Counted from the first letter of the stretch, positions 42,554-54,828 are shown. The stretch: DNA of 64,000 bases from Octopus sinensis (GCF_006345805.1 NC_043000.1:129456001-129520000); one strand, 5' to 3'. Numbers and translations are program-made. Notes: generated by a model from the sequence alone, not told the origin.

Positions 42554-43039
42554 GATATATCAAATGTCTAGAAACGAAGAGGAAAGAAGAATAAAATATA
42601 GTAAAACGAGAGAAAAAGTTGAACAATTAATTACATTTGGATTGTGTGTTTTTATCTTAGAAAATTGCATCTGAAGTTCAATAAATCTGAATGGCTTTTC
42701 TTTTCTGTCTTTTCTACTTTTCTCATTTCTACTTCTTTCCTCTCTTTCTGTCAACGAGAATACACAGACCAGTGTATATGTGGTCTCATGTGCATATAAA
42801 TATTCATGCACACACACACATACACACACACACATATATATACATACGTGTGTGTGCATGTACATCTGTGTATATATATATATGGGAAAAATGATAGACA
42901 GAGAGAGGAAGAGAAAGAAGGGGGAAGAAGATGAAAAACAAAAAGAGGCGAAAATAAACGAGAGTGGTGGAGAGATGGATGGAGATCATGTTATAAAACA
43001 CGTTAAAGAGGATTTAAGAGAGAGATGAAATGGGCAAGC

Positions 43040-43873
43040 GTATGTGTGTGCGTGTATATATATATATATATATAATATATATATATAATATATATATATA
43101 TATATGTACATATATATATATGTATATATATGTATATGTACATATATGTATATATTGTATATGTATATATATATGTATATGTATATGCACATATATATGT
43201 ATATATATGTATATGTATATATATATGTATATGTATATATATATATATGTATATGTATATATATATATGTATATTATATGTATATTATATATATATATAT
43301 ATATATATTGTATATATATGTATATATATGTATATGTACATATATATGTATATATATATGTATATGTATATATATATGTACTATATATGTATATATATGT
43401 ATATATATATATATGAACATATATATGTATATATATGTATATGTACATATATGTATATATATATGTAATATATATATATGATATGTATATATATATGTAT
43501 ATATATATATATGTAATATATATATATGTATATATATATATGTATATATATATATGATATATATATATGTATATATATATATGTATATATATATGTATAT
43601 ATATATATATACATATGTATACATATATGTATATATATATATATATACGTATATGTATATATACATATGTATATATACGTATATACATATGTATACATAT
43701 ATATGTATATCTATATGTATATATGTATATATATATATGTATATATATGTATATACATATCTATATATATGTATATACATATGTATACATATATATGTAT
43801 ATATATATACATATATATGTATATATATATATATGTATATATATATATGTATATATATATATATGTACATATG

Positions 43874-43918
<45 letters not shown>

Positions 43919-43923
43919 ATATA

Positions 43924-43979
<56 letters not shown>

Positions 43980-44114
43980 GAGAGAGAGAGATGCGCACTT
44001 GCATGGATATATATATGCATATATGTATATATAAATACATACATACATATATGTCTTATATGCAGAATATAAACATATATGTATGTGCATACACACACAC
44101 ACACACACACATAC

Positions 44115-44176
<62 letters not shown>

Positions 44177-44180
44177 AAAT
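43040..44180. repeat. 1.1-kb (TA)n/(TATG)n compound microsatellite
   Basis: Direct observation. Confidence 0.97.
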
Positions 44181-44610
44181 GGAGTCACATACACTAGTAA
44201 CGTACAAGTTTCAACCCTCTGGCTGTTGTCATGCAGAAACGCTATAATGACTGACATTACAGTTCTTTAGATTTAATGGTGGAAGGAGTTATGTTTCACG
44301 AGATGTTCTCAGTTATACACAACCAGTTGTCCATCTATAACCTTCATGTTTTTACTAACCTGAAAAGACGGGTTCTCCGTAGATTTCAACGATGATCATT
44401 CAGCTGTTCAACTGAGTTCCTCCTAGTGAAGTTTACTTGAAAGCGGCTGAGTATTCTATAGAAATGTGCACCCACAATGCAATTTTCAGACCAAGTCAGC
44501 GTAACAATATATGATGGTCTCCGAATAACAGTTACAATCCATCCGATGGACTTTCTACACTTTTCCCAACTATTTCCGTCTACTCAATTTCATTCACAGA
44601 GTACCTACCA

Positions 44611-44705
<95 letters not shown>

Positions 44706-44806
44706 CTTCCATCCATCCATCCATCCATCCATCCATCCATCCATCCATCCATCCATCCATCCATCCATCCATCCATCCATCTTTCTATCCATCTATCCAT
44801 CTATCT

Positions 44807-45817
44807 GGCACCGCGAGTGTCGCGTTGCTCTCAAGCAACTCTGCCGTCCTGGGTCGACCTTAAGTGACTTCAACACAACCAAAGCATTCTATAGGGGTTT
44901 AGTGGAGGGGAGGTACGACGACGAGCTCGGGGCGAACCTGGACGTCGACGAGGAGTACCTGACCCGCCTGTTCGGGACGACTTTCGGGCCAGGGCCCATG
45001 GACAACTTCCAGAGATCCCTGGCCTGGCAGTGCTACCGAGAAGCGCTACCGTTCGGGATAAGCTCTACAGACACGGCTCGAGAAACACGGGGCCGACCTG
45101 CCCGAGATGCGGTCAGAGCGACGAAACCGTTCTGCACGCACTCGTTCAGTGTCCAACAATTTCCGACCTGTGGGCTTATGTCGAACAACTGCTGTCACGT
45201 GTGGGACGAGTCGGTTTATCAGCTGAGTCTATCGTCAATATTGTCACGCCTCCTTCCTTCAAACGGGAAGGAAGAGCTATTTTCATCATCCTTGTGGCTA
45301 TGGCGAAAGAATGTATCTGGTGGACGCGTCTGAAAGGATTGGAGACAAACACTTTCCTCTCTGGTCAATCTCTCATCAACTTCTTCAAGTACCACTTGAA
45401 AAGGAAAGTGAGAGTAGAGAGGCAAGTTTTGTCTAGCGAATGTTTTAAAAAAAGATGGGTGAATGTAGCAAGAATGGCACGTATGAATGACGAAGCCACC
45501 TTGAGCATAGTCCTATGAACCCAGAAATCGAAAACAGAGAGTTGCTTATTTGCAAAAAAAAAAAAAAAAAAGAAATATAAAATGTGACTTCATTGACCGA
45601 GGTTACCGTGGTCTTTTCCGCAGGCTTTTCTTTCCACGGGTAAACCTCACCTGTCCTCCCCTTTACACTTCATATTGACATTTCTGTGATAACGATCCCT
45701 ATTGATCATTTTTTTTTTCCTCTCCCCCCCCCCCTTTTTTTTTTTTTTTTTTTAACCCCCCTTATTTTTGTCCACTTTCTCTCCTTTTACGATCCCTTTT
45801 GATCGAACCTCCCCCTT

Positions 45818-45848
<31 letters not shown>

Positions 45849-45918
45849 CCTTCAAAAGAAAAGCTCTACCTTGTAATTTGTTCTATCTGTGTGCAGCCCT
45901 GTGTGGCTAATAAAGAAA
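44807..45918 (+). mobile_element. 5'-truncated Tx1/L1-group LINE 3' end
   Basis: Frameshifted ORF2 C-terminus ...[14 protein letters not shown] / VRDKLYRHG...[19 protein letters not shown] (CCHC zinc knuckle); stop at 45518; 3' UTR ends aataaagaaa; (TCTA/TCCA)n on both sides. Confidence 0.85.
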
Positions 45919-46516
45919 CATATCTTTCTATCCATCTATCTATCCATCTATCTATTCATCTATCTATTCATCTATCTATCTATCAATCTATATATCTATC
46001 TACCTACCTACCTACCTACCTACCTACCTACCTACCTATCTATCTATTTATCTGTCTGTCTGTCTTTCCACGCATCCATCCATCCCTCCATTCTATGTAT
46101 GTATGTATGTATGTATGTATGCATGCATGCATGTATGTATCTATCTGAACAATATACACAGATACTGATATATATATATTTACATAGATGTTCTTTTTCG
46201 TTGTTACACACATTTCTTAATTTTCTCTTTTCCTGTGCATTTCCCTCTCGTAGAATAGTTCGATTTTTCTACGAACTATTTCCAAACCAGCCATTTTGAA
46301 ATTAACTATTGTTCGATGTCAACACAAGATGAACGTCCGAAATCCATTTAACGTTGAATTGTAGTTACGAATAAGATTTTTCCTGCATCATCTTTAGTAA
46401 TCAATATCAAGCAAATTGCGAAAATTCAAATCTAATTAAATCTAAGTACGTCAATACCTTGTTCAATTATCTCCCACGGAACGTTACCCCACTTTAATGA
46501 TATATTTTTAAAAGAT

Positions 46517-46725
46517 AAGGCGGCGAGCTGGCAGAAACGTTAGGGTGAAATGCTTTGCGGTATTTCGTCTGCAGCTACGTTCTGAGTTCAAATTCAGCCG
46601 AGCTCGACTTTGCCTTCTATCCTTTCGGGGTCGATTAAATAAGTACCAGTTACGCACTGGGGTCGATGTAATCGATTTGATCCTTTTGTCTGTCCTTGTT
46701 TGTCCCCTCTGTGTGTAGCCCCTTG
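46517..46725 (+). mobile_element. SINE family B
   Basis: aaggcggcgagctggcagaaacgttag...gagttcaaattcagccgag...gtgtagccccttgt. Confidence 0.88.
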
Positions 46726-47037
46726 TAGAAAGAATGAAAAGAAGCTCCTACTGTTTCAAAGGAGCCATATGCGAGCGTCAAAGCCGTATAGTAGCGTGGG
46801 ATGCTCGTTCTGTGTGGACCGCAGAAGACGGTAACTTTATGTAGGTGTGAATGCTTAGTCAAAGATGTGTTACGTTTACGAAAGATGAAGTCAATCTGGA
46901 TACTGCTACGAGCAGCAAAGAAACAATGAATGAGGAATACAATACACACACACACATATACGAGAAAGAAAACTAGAGGTAGATAATTGTTTATGATCTT
47001 TAAATTATTTTTTTAGACAAATCATCGACTATGCCAA

Positions 47038-47078
<41 letters not shown>

Positions 47079-47210
47079 AAAATAGTAAAGTGTGAAAAAA
47101 CGACAGAAGGCTTAAATGTTAAAAAATATATATATTTGTGTCAAAATGTCTGGAGAATATTGCAAAAATTTTTTTCCTTTCCTTAAAATGACATAATTTA
47201 AAAATTTTTT

Positions 47211-47250
47211 AAGAAATTACCGGTTTCGCGTGTAGCTTTTCAAATTTCTT
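47211..47250 (-). ncRNA. Type I hammerhead motif, U3:A8 variant (left arm copy)
   Basis: Exact reverse complement of 49532-49571. Confidence 0.68.
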
Positions 47251-47386
47251 GTGACGTTATGTTTATATTGCATGGAATTATCGTTGTTTTTATTTCCAGG
47301 AGATTTCTAAATAAGGGGAGGTAGTGAGTGATTTTTTCCGGTGTAGGGGAGATAATCGCTTAAAAAATTTTTTTCCCATTTCCTTG

Positions 47387-48187
47387 TTAATTTCTCTGTG
47401 TCAGTATGTTCGGATGGTTGAGTCTGGGTTTGTACTTTTCAATGAAGAATGTTTCCTTGTTCAGTCTCATTTGTGTTGATGATCCGAAAGCACATTGGTA
47501 AAATGGGAAGATTAAAAATTGTGGCAGTAGTTGCTTTGCGCATTTCTCAATGTGCTCACTAAAAGGTATCATTCTATATTCTGGGAATGCAATCTGTTGT
47601 CGATGCAGTGTGCATCTGCGCCTGAGTGATAGTCCCGTGGAACCCACGTAGTCTTGGTGGCAGCCCGAGCATTTAATAACATAAATTATGTTTTCAGAGG
47701 CACAAGTAAGTTAGATTTGATCTTAAATTTCTGTCCCTCTTTAAAGAGGAATTCTGATCCTTCCAATAGGTTAGGACATGTTGCACAGTTCGATCTACCA
47801 CATTTTTTTACTTTTGCATCCGTAATTTTAGAAGACAATTTTGCCTTTGTGAGAATCTTTTTAAGTGATTTAGGCTGTTTGTAGCTTTTAATGATTTGGT
47901 GTATGTTTAGAATTTCCTTTAATTTTGGGTTTTTATGAAGTATTGGTAAATTCTGGGTGATGATGGTGAAGGCTTCTTTGTTTCTGGGGTTGTATGTAGA
48001 TATGTAAGGTAGTATTTTCGGGGAAGGTGTGTTGTTGTGTTGAACTTTTCTTAAAGTTTCTATGTTGATTTCTGTTGCACGTCTGATCCCATCCTCTATG
48101 AGTTGAGCTGGGTAATGTCTGTCAATTAGGGTGTTTTTGAGTTCTTGCAGTCTAAAGTTCCTGGTATTTTGTTCTGACACTATTGTG
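47387..48187 (-). pseudogene. Inverted copy of the PLE linker plus GIY-YIG endonuclease
   Basis: ORFs 47686..48201 and 47387..47647 repeat the right-arm protein; 1-bp deletion near 47710. Confidence 0.9.
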
Positions 48188-48225
48188 TCAGAACTTAACA
48201 ATGGGATACATGGAAATACTTAACA

Positions 48226-49394
48226 ATGGGATACATGGAAATAATCATTTACCAGGAATCTCTATCAATCTTTGGAAACTCCCTCTCTCAATACATAAAA
48301 GAGAATTGGAAACGATTCCTAGACGATTGTTTCATTCTCTGGAATGAAAACATAGATAAACTCCTAAAATTTAAAAACCTATTGAACAGCATAAACCCAA
48401 ATATACAGTTCACAATGGAATACAACCAAAAGGAGCTCCCGTTCTTGGATATACTAATTAAAAAAATTAACCTTAAAATAGAAACAGACATTTTTTACAA
48501 AGCCACAGACGCCAAACAATACCTTCTTTTTAATTCATGCCACCCAAGACACACTAAAACAAACATCCCCTTCAACCTTGCAAGAAGGATATGCACAATA
48601 GTGTCAGAACAAAATACCAGGAACTTTAGACTGCAAGAACTCAAAAACACCCTAATTGACAGACATTACCCAGCTCAACTCATAGAGGATGGGATCAGAC
48701 GTGCAACAGAAATCAACATAGAAACTTTAAGAAAAGTTCAACACAACAACACACCTTCCCCGAAAATACTACCTTACATATCTACATACAACCCCAGAAA
48801 CAAAGAAGCCTTCACCATCATCACCCAGAATTTACCAATACTTCATAAAAACCCAAAATTAAAGGAAATTCTAAACATACACCAAATCATTAAAAGCTAC
48901 AAACAGCCTAAATCACTTAAAAAGATTCTCACAAAGGCAAAATTGTCTTCTAAAATTACGGATGCAAAAGTAAAAAAATGTGGTAGATCGAACTGTGCAA
49001 CATGTCCTAACCTATTGGAAGGATCAGAATTCCTCTTTAAAGAGGGACAGAAATTTAAGATCAAATCTAACTTTACTTGTGCCTCTGAAAACATAATTTA
49101 TGTTATTAAATGCTCGGGCTGCCACCAAGACTACGTGGGTTCCACGGGACTATCACTCAGGCGCAGATGCACACTGCATCGACAACAGATTGCATTCCAG
49201 AATATAGAATGATACCTTTTAGTGAGCACATTGAGAAATGCGCAAAGCAACTACTGCCACAATTTTTAATCTTCCCATTTTACCAATGTGCTTTCGGATC
49301 ATCAACACAAATGAGACTGAACAAGGAAACATTCTTCATTGAAAAGTACAAACCCAGACTCAACCATCCGAACATACTGACACAGAGAAATTAA
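48226..49394 (+). pseudogene. PLE polyprotein C-terminus: RT end plus GIY-YIG endonuclease, frameshift near 49198
   Basis: RFLDDCF, LPFLDI, DIFYKATD, HPRHTK (PLE RT); C-x4-C-x2-C linker KCGRSNCATC; IIYVIKCSGCHQDYVGST...LRRRC...H...KETFFI...KPRLN (GIY-YIG). Confidence 0.92.
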
Positions 49395-49531
49395 CAAGGA
49401 AATGGGAAAAAAAATTTTTTAAGCGATTATCTCCCCTACACCGGAAAAAATCACTCACTACCTCCCCTTATTTAGAAATCTCCTGGAAATAAAAACAACG
49501 ATAATTCCATGCAATATAAACATAACGTCAC

Positions 49532-49571
49532 AAGAAATTTGAAAAGCTACACGCGAAACCGGTAATTTCTT
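49532..49571 (+). ncRNA. Type I hammerhead motif, U3:A8 variant, in the PLE 3' UTR
   Basis: aagaaat-TTGAAAA-gc-tacac-gc-GAAAC-CG-GTA-atttctt: 7-bp helix I, 2-bp helix II, palindromic ACCGGT, predicted cut after 49564. Confidence 0.68.
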
Positions 49572-49747
49572 TAAAAATTTTTAAATTATGTCATTTTAAG
49601 GAAAGGAAAAAAATTTTTCCAATATTCTCCAGACATTTTGACACAAATATATATATTTTTTAACATTTAAGCCTTCTGTCGTTTTTTCACACTTTACTAT
49701 TTTCTTATATATTCACCCACGTGCTTTACCAAACAAACTTTCTTATC

Positions 49748-49779
<32 letters not shown>

Positions 49780-50135
49780 TATGTTTTGATGAATTTATAA
49801 GAGTCGCAGAATATCGCTAATGCATTACTGTTGGTAATTAATCTAATTGATTATTATTTCTTTCTATTTTTTAAAAAATAATTCTATTTCCTATTAATTG
49901 AAAGCATATTTGTAGTTCTTTGCATATATAACTAAATAGAAATATTAAATAAGTGTCGAATTGTGCTATCAATAGATATTTATTTATTCAGAAAGGCAAT
50001 AGGTTATAGTGTAATAATAATGACGGATTCTGCAAGGCTCCTTCTCTGATTCCCTTTAATTATAACAAATATTCCAATAGACTTATTTTATCAAAGTATT
50101 TTTCATTTGTTTTCTTCCATGTTCTTTAACCGCAG

Positions 50136-50199
50136 ATCGCTCAGGTCGAGTATATCTTTGATATAATTGATCAAAGCCGTTCCATCTTTGGTTATCCAG
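50136..50199 (+). other. Candidate 64-nt internal exon of an unknown gene
   Basis: Pyrimidine tract ttttcttccatgttctttaaccgcAG, donor ccag|GTgtgt; only one frame open (IAQVEYIFDIIDQSRSIFGYP). Confidence 0.25.
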
Positions 50200-50702
50200 G
50201 TGTGTTTTTTTAATATATTTGACTACAGTATACTTATAACGTATAAACACTTAAAGCACGCAAGATAGTGAATTCAGTTCTTCGAATATATTAGATTTGA
50301 TGTGTATATAAACAAACTGGTTACTTGTTTCTCTGGGATTGGTCATGTGACATTTCTCAAGAGACCCCACAATGGGTCGAAAACTGATGAAGGCTGTTCA
50401 CCATTTTTGTTAATCTACCGAGAAATAGGTAAACTTGACATATTTGTATGCCTACTTTGTAGGTTTCAATATATCATCATATATTTTGAGACTGTCTGGA
50501 CTGGGTTCCCCGTTGACAGGCCGCTGATATATCAAATAATGAATTAATCATTTATAATACATAAGTTAGTAACTCTACTTTTCTGAAGCTAATAGATTTC
50601 ATGTGTACATAAACATTTGGGTGATTATTTCTCCAGGATTGGACAAGTGATGTGGGCACCCCTGATGAGACCTCAATAAGTGACAAAAATCGATTTCTTT
50701 AA

Positions 50703-51124
50703 AGGCGGTGAGCTGGCAGAAACGTTAGCACGCCGGGCGAAATGCTTAGCGTTATTTCGTCTGCCGTTACGTTCTGAGTTCAAATTTTGCCGAGGTCGAC
50801 TTTGCCTTTCATCCTTTCGGGGTCGATAAATTAAGTACCAGTTACGCACTGGGTCGATGTAATCGACTTAACTCCTCTGTCTGTCCTTGTTTGTCCCCTC
50901 TATGTTTAGCCCCCTGTTGGCAATAAAGAAAAAGGTACTTCGTCTGCCGTTACGTTCTGAGTTCAAACTCCGCCGAGGTCGACTTTGCCTTTCATCCTTT
51001 CGGGGTCGATAAATTAAGTACCAGTTACGCACTAGGGGTAGAATTAATCGACTTAATACCTTTGTCTGTCCTTGTTTGTCCCCTCTATGTTTAGCCCCTT
51101 GTGGGCAATAAAGAAATAAAAAAT
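50703..51124 (+). mobile_element. Family B SINE dimer (full plus 5'-truncated unit) within one TSD
   Basis: Second unit starts at 50934; TSD aaaaatcgatttYtttaa at 50685-50702 and 51125-51142. Confidence 0.9.
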
Positions 51125-52094
51125 AAAAATCGATTTTTTTAATTTACGAAGAAATAAGCTGGACACGTTTCAATGCCTACTTCGTAGGTTAACGTGTTTC
51201 TTAAAACGATAGTTTTTTTAAAACCTAGATTTAGCTTATCTATATAGGCTCCATCTTTGGATATTAAATTTCGTCAAGTGAGAGCTGAAATAAATCGACC
51301 ATAGTAGAGCATAGTTAGTTGTTTGGGAAAGATCGTGTATGTCTGGCTAATGTAGTAATTATTATGTAAATTTTTCATTATATTTTTTAGATTTGGCTTC
51401 TGTTATATTTAATTACTTAGTAAGTTAGATTGGGTTATTTATACCGAACGTCAAGGTTAGTTGGTGTTATACAATATAGACTTTACAAATCCTTGTGCTA
51501 TCTATTTCCTGTAATTAAACGAGTACCATATCGTCGGGTCGACCAAAACCACGTGAAAGAATGTTGTTCTTGACAGGTTATTCGTTAGAGAAATTATGAC
51601 AAATAACCTGTCAGAGCTACTATTCCTGTTCCTGTGTGGCAGAATTAATCTGTCTTGTGGCTTAACAGTCACTTGATACCAGAGTGACTCCAGGCAAGTC
51701 TATTTTGTTTATTTATTTTAAAATTGGTTCTTTCTATTTGCACACACACACACATACAATTCCCCCTCTCTCTATCACACGCACACTCTCTCCCAGACAA
51801 CACACACGCACACACGTCAAGTTATAATAAAACCAATTTAACATTGAGCTGAAGTATTACTCCCCACACTCAGACGAAGGCTAGCAGGCCGGAACTTCGC
51901 AGTCACTGGGATCCTACCCCTTCTCGTAAACGCTTGGCACATAAACTACATCAGTAACAATCAAATCCCCACCAGCTGCGACAGTATTGAGGCTATTAAA
52001 CAATCTTTGTTTCGTGCGATTAATTGTAATTTACAAGATTTGCGTGCTTGTGTGATGTGATTACATTTAGGATTTTCTTTGCGGCGCATTCTCT

Positions 52095-52510
52095 CTTTAC
52101 TCTTTTACTCTTTTACTTGTTTCAGTCATTTGACTGCGGCCATGCTGGAGCACCGCCTTTAATCGAGCAACTCGACCCCGGGACTTATTCTTTTGTAAGC
52201 CCAGTACTTATTCTATCGGTCTCTTTTGCCAAACCGCTAAGTAACGGGGACATAAACACACCAGCATCGGTTGTCAAGCAATGCTAGGGGGACAAACACA
52301 GACACACAAACACACACACGCATATATATATATATACATATATACGACGGGCTTCTTTCAGTTTCCGTCTACCAAATCCACTCACAAGGCTTTGGTCGGC
52401 TCGAGGCTATAGCAGAAGACACTTGCCCAAGATGCCACGCAGTGGGACTGAACCCGGAACCATGTGGTTGGTAAGCAAGCTACTTACCACACAGCCACTC
52501 CTGCGCCTAT
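52095..52510 (-). mobile_element. SINE family A, full length, young
   Basis: Near identical to 1570-1977. Confidence 0.92.
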
Positions 52511-52759
52511 TCGTTGAACATTTTTCAGCTTCATGTAATAAATAATGGAATTGGTTTATGTAAGCAAGAACAAGAGCAGCAGCGGCAGCAACAACAACAA
52601 CACCACAAAACCCAAATGAATGACACATGTTTCCGAGTTTCTGTCATTTGGAATGCTGTTAGTAATTTTTTGTTTGGTTTATATGTATTTCTTAAGACAC
52701 ATTATTTACATTTTACTGATATTTGTAATCTTGTATTTCTTTTGTGTAATGGATCCTCT

Positions 52760-53010
52760 CACGGACGAGGACATGTCCTTCCCTTTCCGCTACCCTTCTA
52801 GCTTTATATGAATCCACTGGTGTCATTATATTCAAGCCAGGTGGTATTAGCTTTGAGTCTCTACATCTACACAGGAAAGTTAGATGGTTTGAAAGACGAG
52901 CTAGTTTTTGATGGAGTTTCCCTATAAGTCTCAATTGAAGTCTAATGTCGGCTCCATACCGATTAGATAATGCAGTTCTATATTTAAGAGATGAGGAATT
53001 ATGTACATTA
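52760..53010 (-). pseudogene. N-terminal ORF fragment of a Penelope/Poseidon-type PLE
   Basis: SSLKYRTALSNRYGADIRLQLRLIGKLHQKLARLSNHLTFLCRCRDSKLIPPGLNIMTPV resembles the PLE N-terminal H-x2-FL-x2-C motif. Confidence 0.7.
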
Positions 53011-53059
53011 TTTACATTATTTACATTTGACAGATAAAAAAAACAGGATGAAGACAAAT

Positions 53060-53555
53060 ATCCGTCAAAAGGAATACATTCATAAACACCAACTCAAGGA
53101 ATACGGGTGGAATATTCCCATCAAAACTTCCGGATATTGTTGTTTGAGACAAGGAGCAAAGGTATGTGCCACCATAGAGGTCAGCTGCCCTACAGGTATA
53201 AATATCTCTTTGAAAATCAAAGAAAAAGAAGAGGGTATCTATGGACAACTGCTTCGAAACTTCCAGCTTCTATATCCAGACTATGAATTCATATTCCTAC
53301 CAATAATAATTGGAGTACTAAGTTTGTTAGTAAATGCTTAAAGGAAAATCTGGATAAACTACGATTTTCAGAAAGAGAAATCGACCAGCTAATTCGTACA
53401 TTACAAGTGCAATCTGTGAGTGGAACAGTAAAAATATGCAAAACTTTTCTCAAGTTCCAAATGAGAATTTGTCTGTGTTAACTACATCCTAAAGATGGAG
53501 CCTTGTATCTTTGTTAGAAACCGGTTCCCTCTTCAGTGGAAGATTTATAATAATT
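53060..53555 (+). pseudogene. RLE endonuclease domain and 3' UTR of an R4/Dong-like non-LTR retrotransposon
   Basis: WNIPIKTS...CATIEVSCPTGINISLKIKEKEEGIYGQLLRNFQLLYPDYEFIFLPIIIG, then after a frameshift ...LQVQSVSGTVKICKTFLKF. Confidence 0.75.
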
Positions 53556-54260
53556 AAAAAATAGAAGACACACACGCGCACAGATACACACAAAATGAAA
53601 AAAGTTTAGGAGTAGTTTCGTTTTGGAGTATTTATTACTATTCGGGAGGCCAAAGAAAAAAAAAAGATACAGCAGAAAAGGAAAGAATTCACATGGTCAC
53701 GTGTTTATTAGTTAATGGACATATTGGGAGAAGAATCAATGTTTCAAATGTCCGAATATACATAGATACATCGCGCGCATTTATATGGGAAAGACTTATG
53801 GACGCTTGTTTTCACTCAAAAGAAACTAAGAAACTACATAATCTTAAATTTTAGCTTTCCCATTCGAGCAACATGTGTGCTGCCGATAAACAGATTGACA
53901 GCAGAAAAAATATTAATAAATAAATAAAGACGGGATGGTCAAGACTGGAATTATTTTGATTATACGACTACTCAATCAAAACCTACTTGGAGTTAAACAA
54001 CAGCAACAACACCAAAATCCGCGACGACAACTACGATGACCACCACCACCACCACCACCATCGCCACCACCACCACCACCATCGCCACCACCACCACCAC
54101 CATTGCCACCACCATCACCACCATCGCCACCACTGACTTTGTCATCGCTACCATTACACACCAATACCGCCGCTGAGAAAGCTGACCAGCTTACGCACAA
54201 TGAAACAGAGATTCGTAAAAAAAAAGAAAAACAAAAACAGAGAGAAAGAAAGAGAGATAG

Positions 54261-54316
<56 letters not shown>

Positions 54317-54639
54317 AAAAAAAAAGCTATAGCGTCCGAGTGATGATGGACGAGAATTTCGTGGCAAGTCTTGCAAAGTGGGTAAAATAGATGAGATTGA
54401 AGAAATCTATATAGTCGAAAGCCAGTAAATGTATAAATCACAGTGCCACAGGCAATGGATAGTGTCTAGTTTTTGTATCTTTCCTTTTCTCATTACAGTT
54501 GTTGGAGTGGAGAGTGAGGAGAAAAACCATCTATTTTCAATAGATTTTCAGATTTCTGATTTCCGACAAGACCTGTGGTCTGTAATTATTTTTTTTTCTC
54601 TTTGTGTCATATATCTGAAAGGTTGGTTGGATTTAATAT

Positions 54640-54828
54640 CTTGTATATTATATGAGGATACGAGCTGCCAATAAGATGTGAATACGTACATACATGCATG
54701 CATGCATACATACATATATACATACATATATACATACATAAATATACACACATGCATATACACATACATATATGCATATACACATATGCACATACACACA
54801 CATACATATGCATGTATGTATATGTATA

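Larger units (their letters stand above)
47069..49712 (+). mobile_element. Palindromic Penelope-like retroelement (Neptune/Naiad-type linker), 5'-truncated with an inverted 3' copy
   Basis: 47069-48187 is the reverse complement of 48594-49712 (1119 bp each, few differences); (TA)n at 47043-47075 and 49748-49775. Confidence 0.93.

Noticed and set aside
40902-42554. LTR retrotransposon interpretation of the 146-bp repeats
   Set aside because: No TSD (tgccc vs atata), PBS, PPT or gag/pol remnant
51865-51912. ctcagacgaaggc-tagca-ggccggaac...gtc hammerhead-like string
   Set aside because: Core has an insertion and a GAAA-to-GGAA change, and helix I is poor; at best a dead remnant
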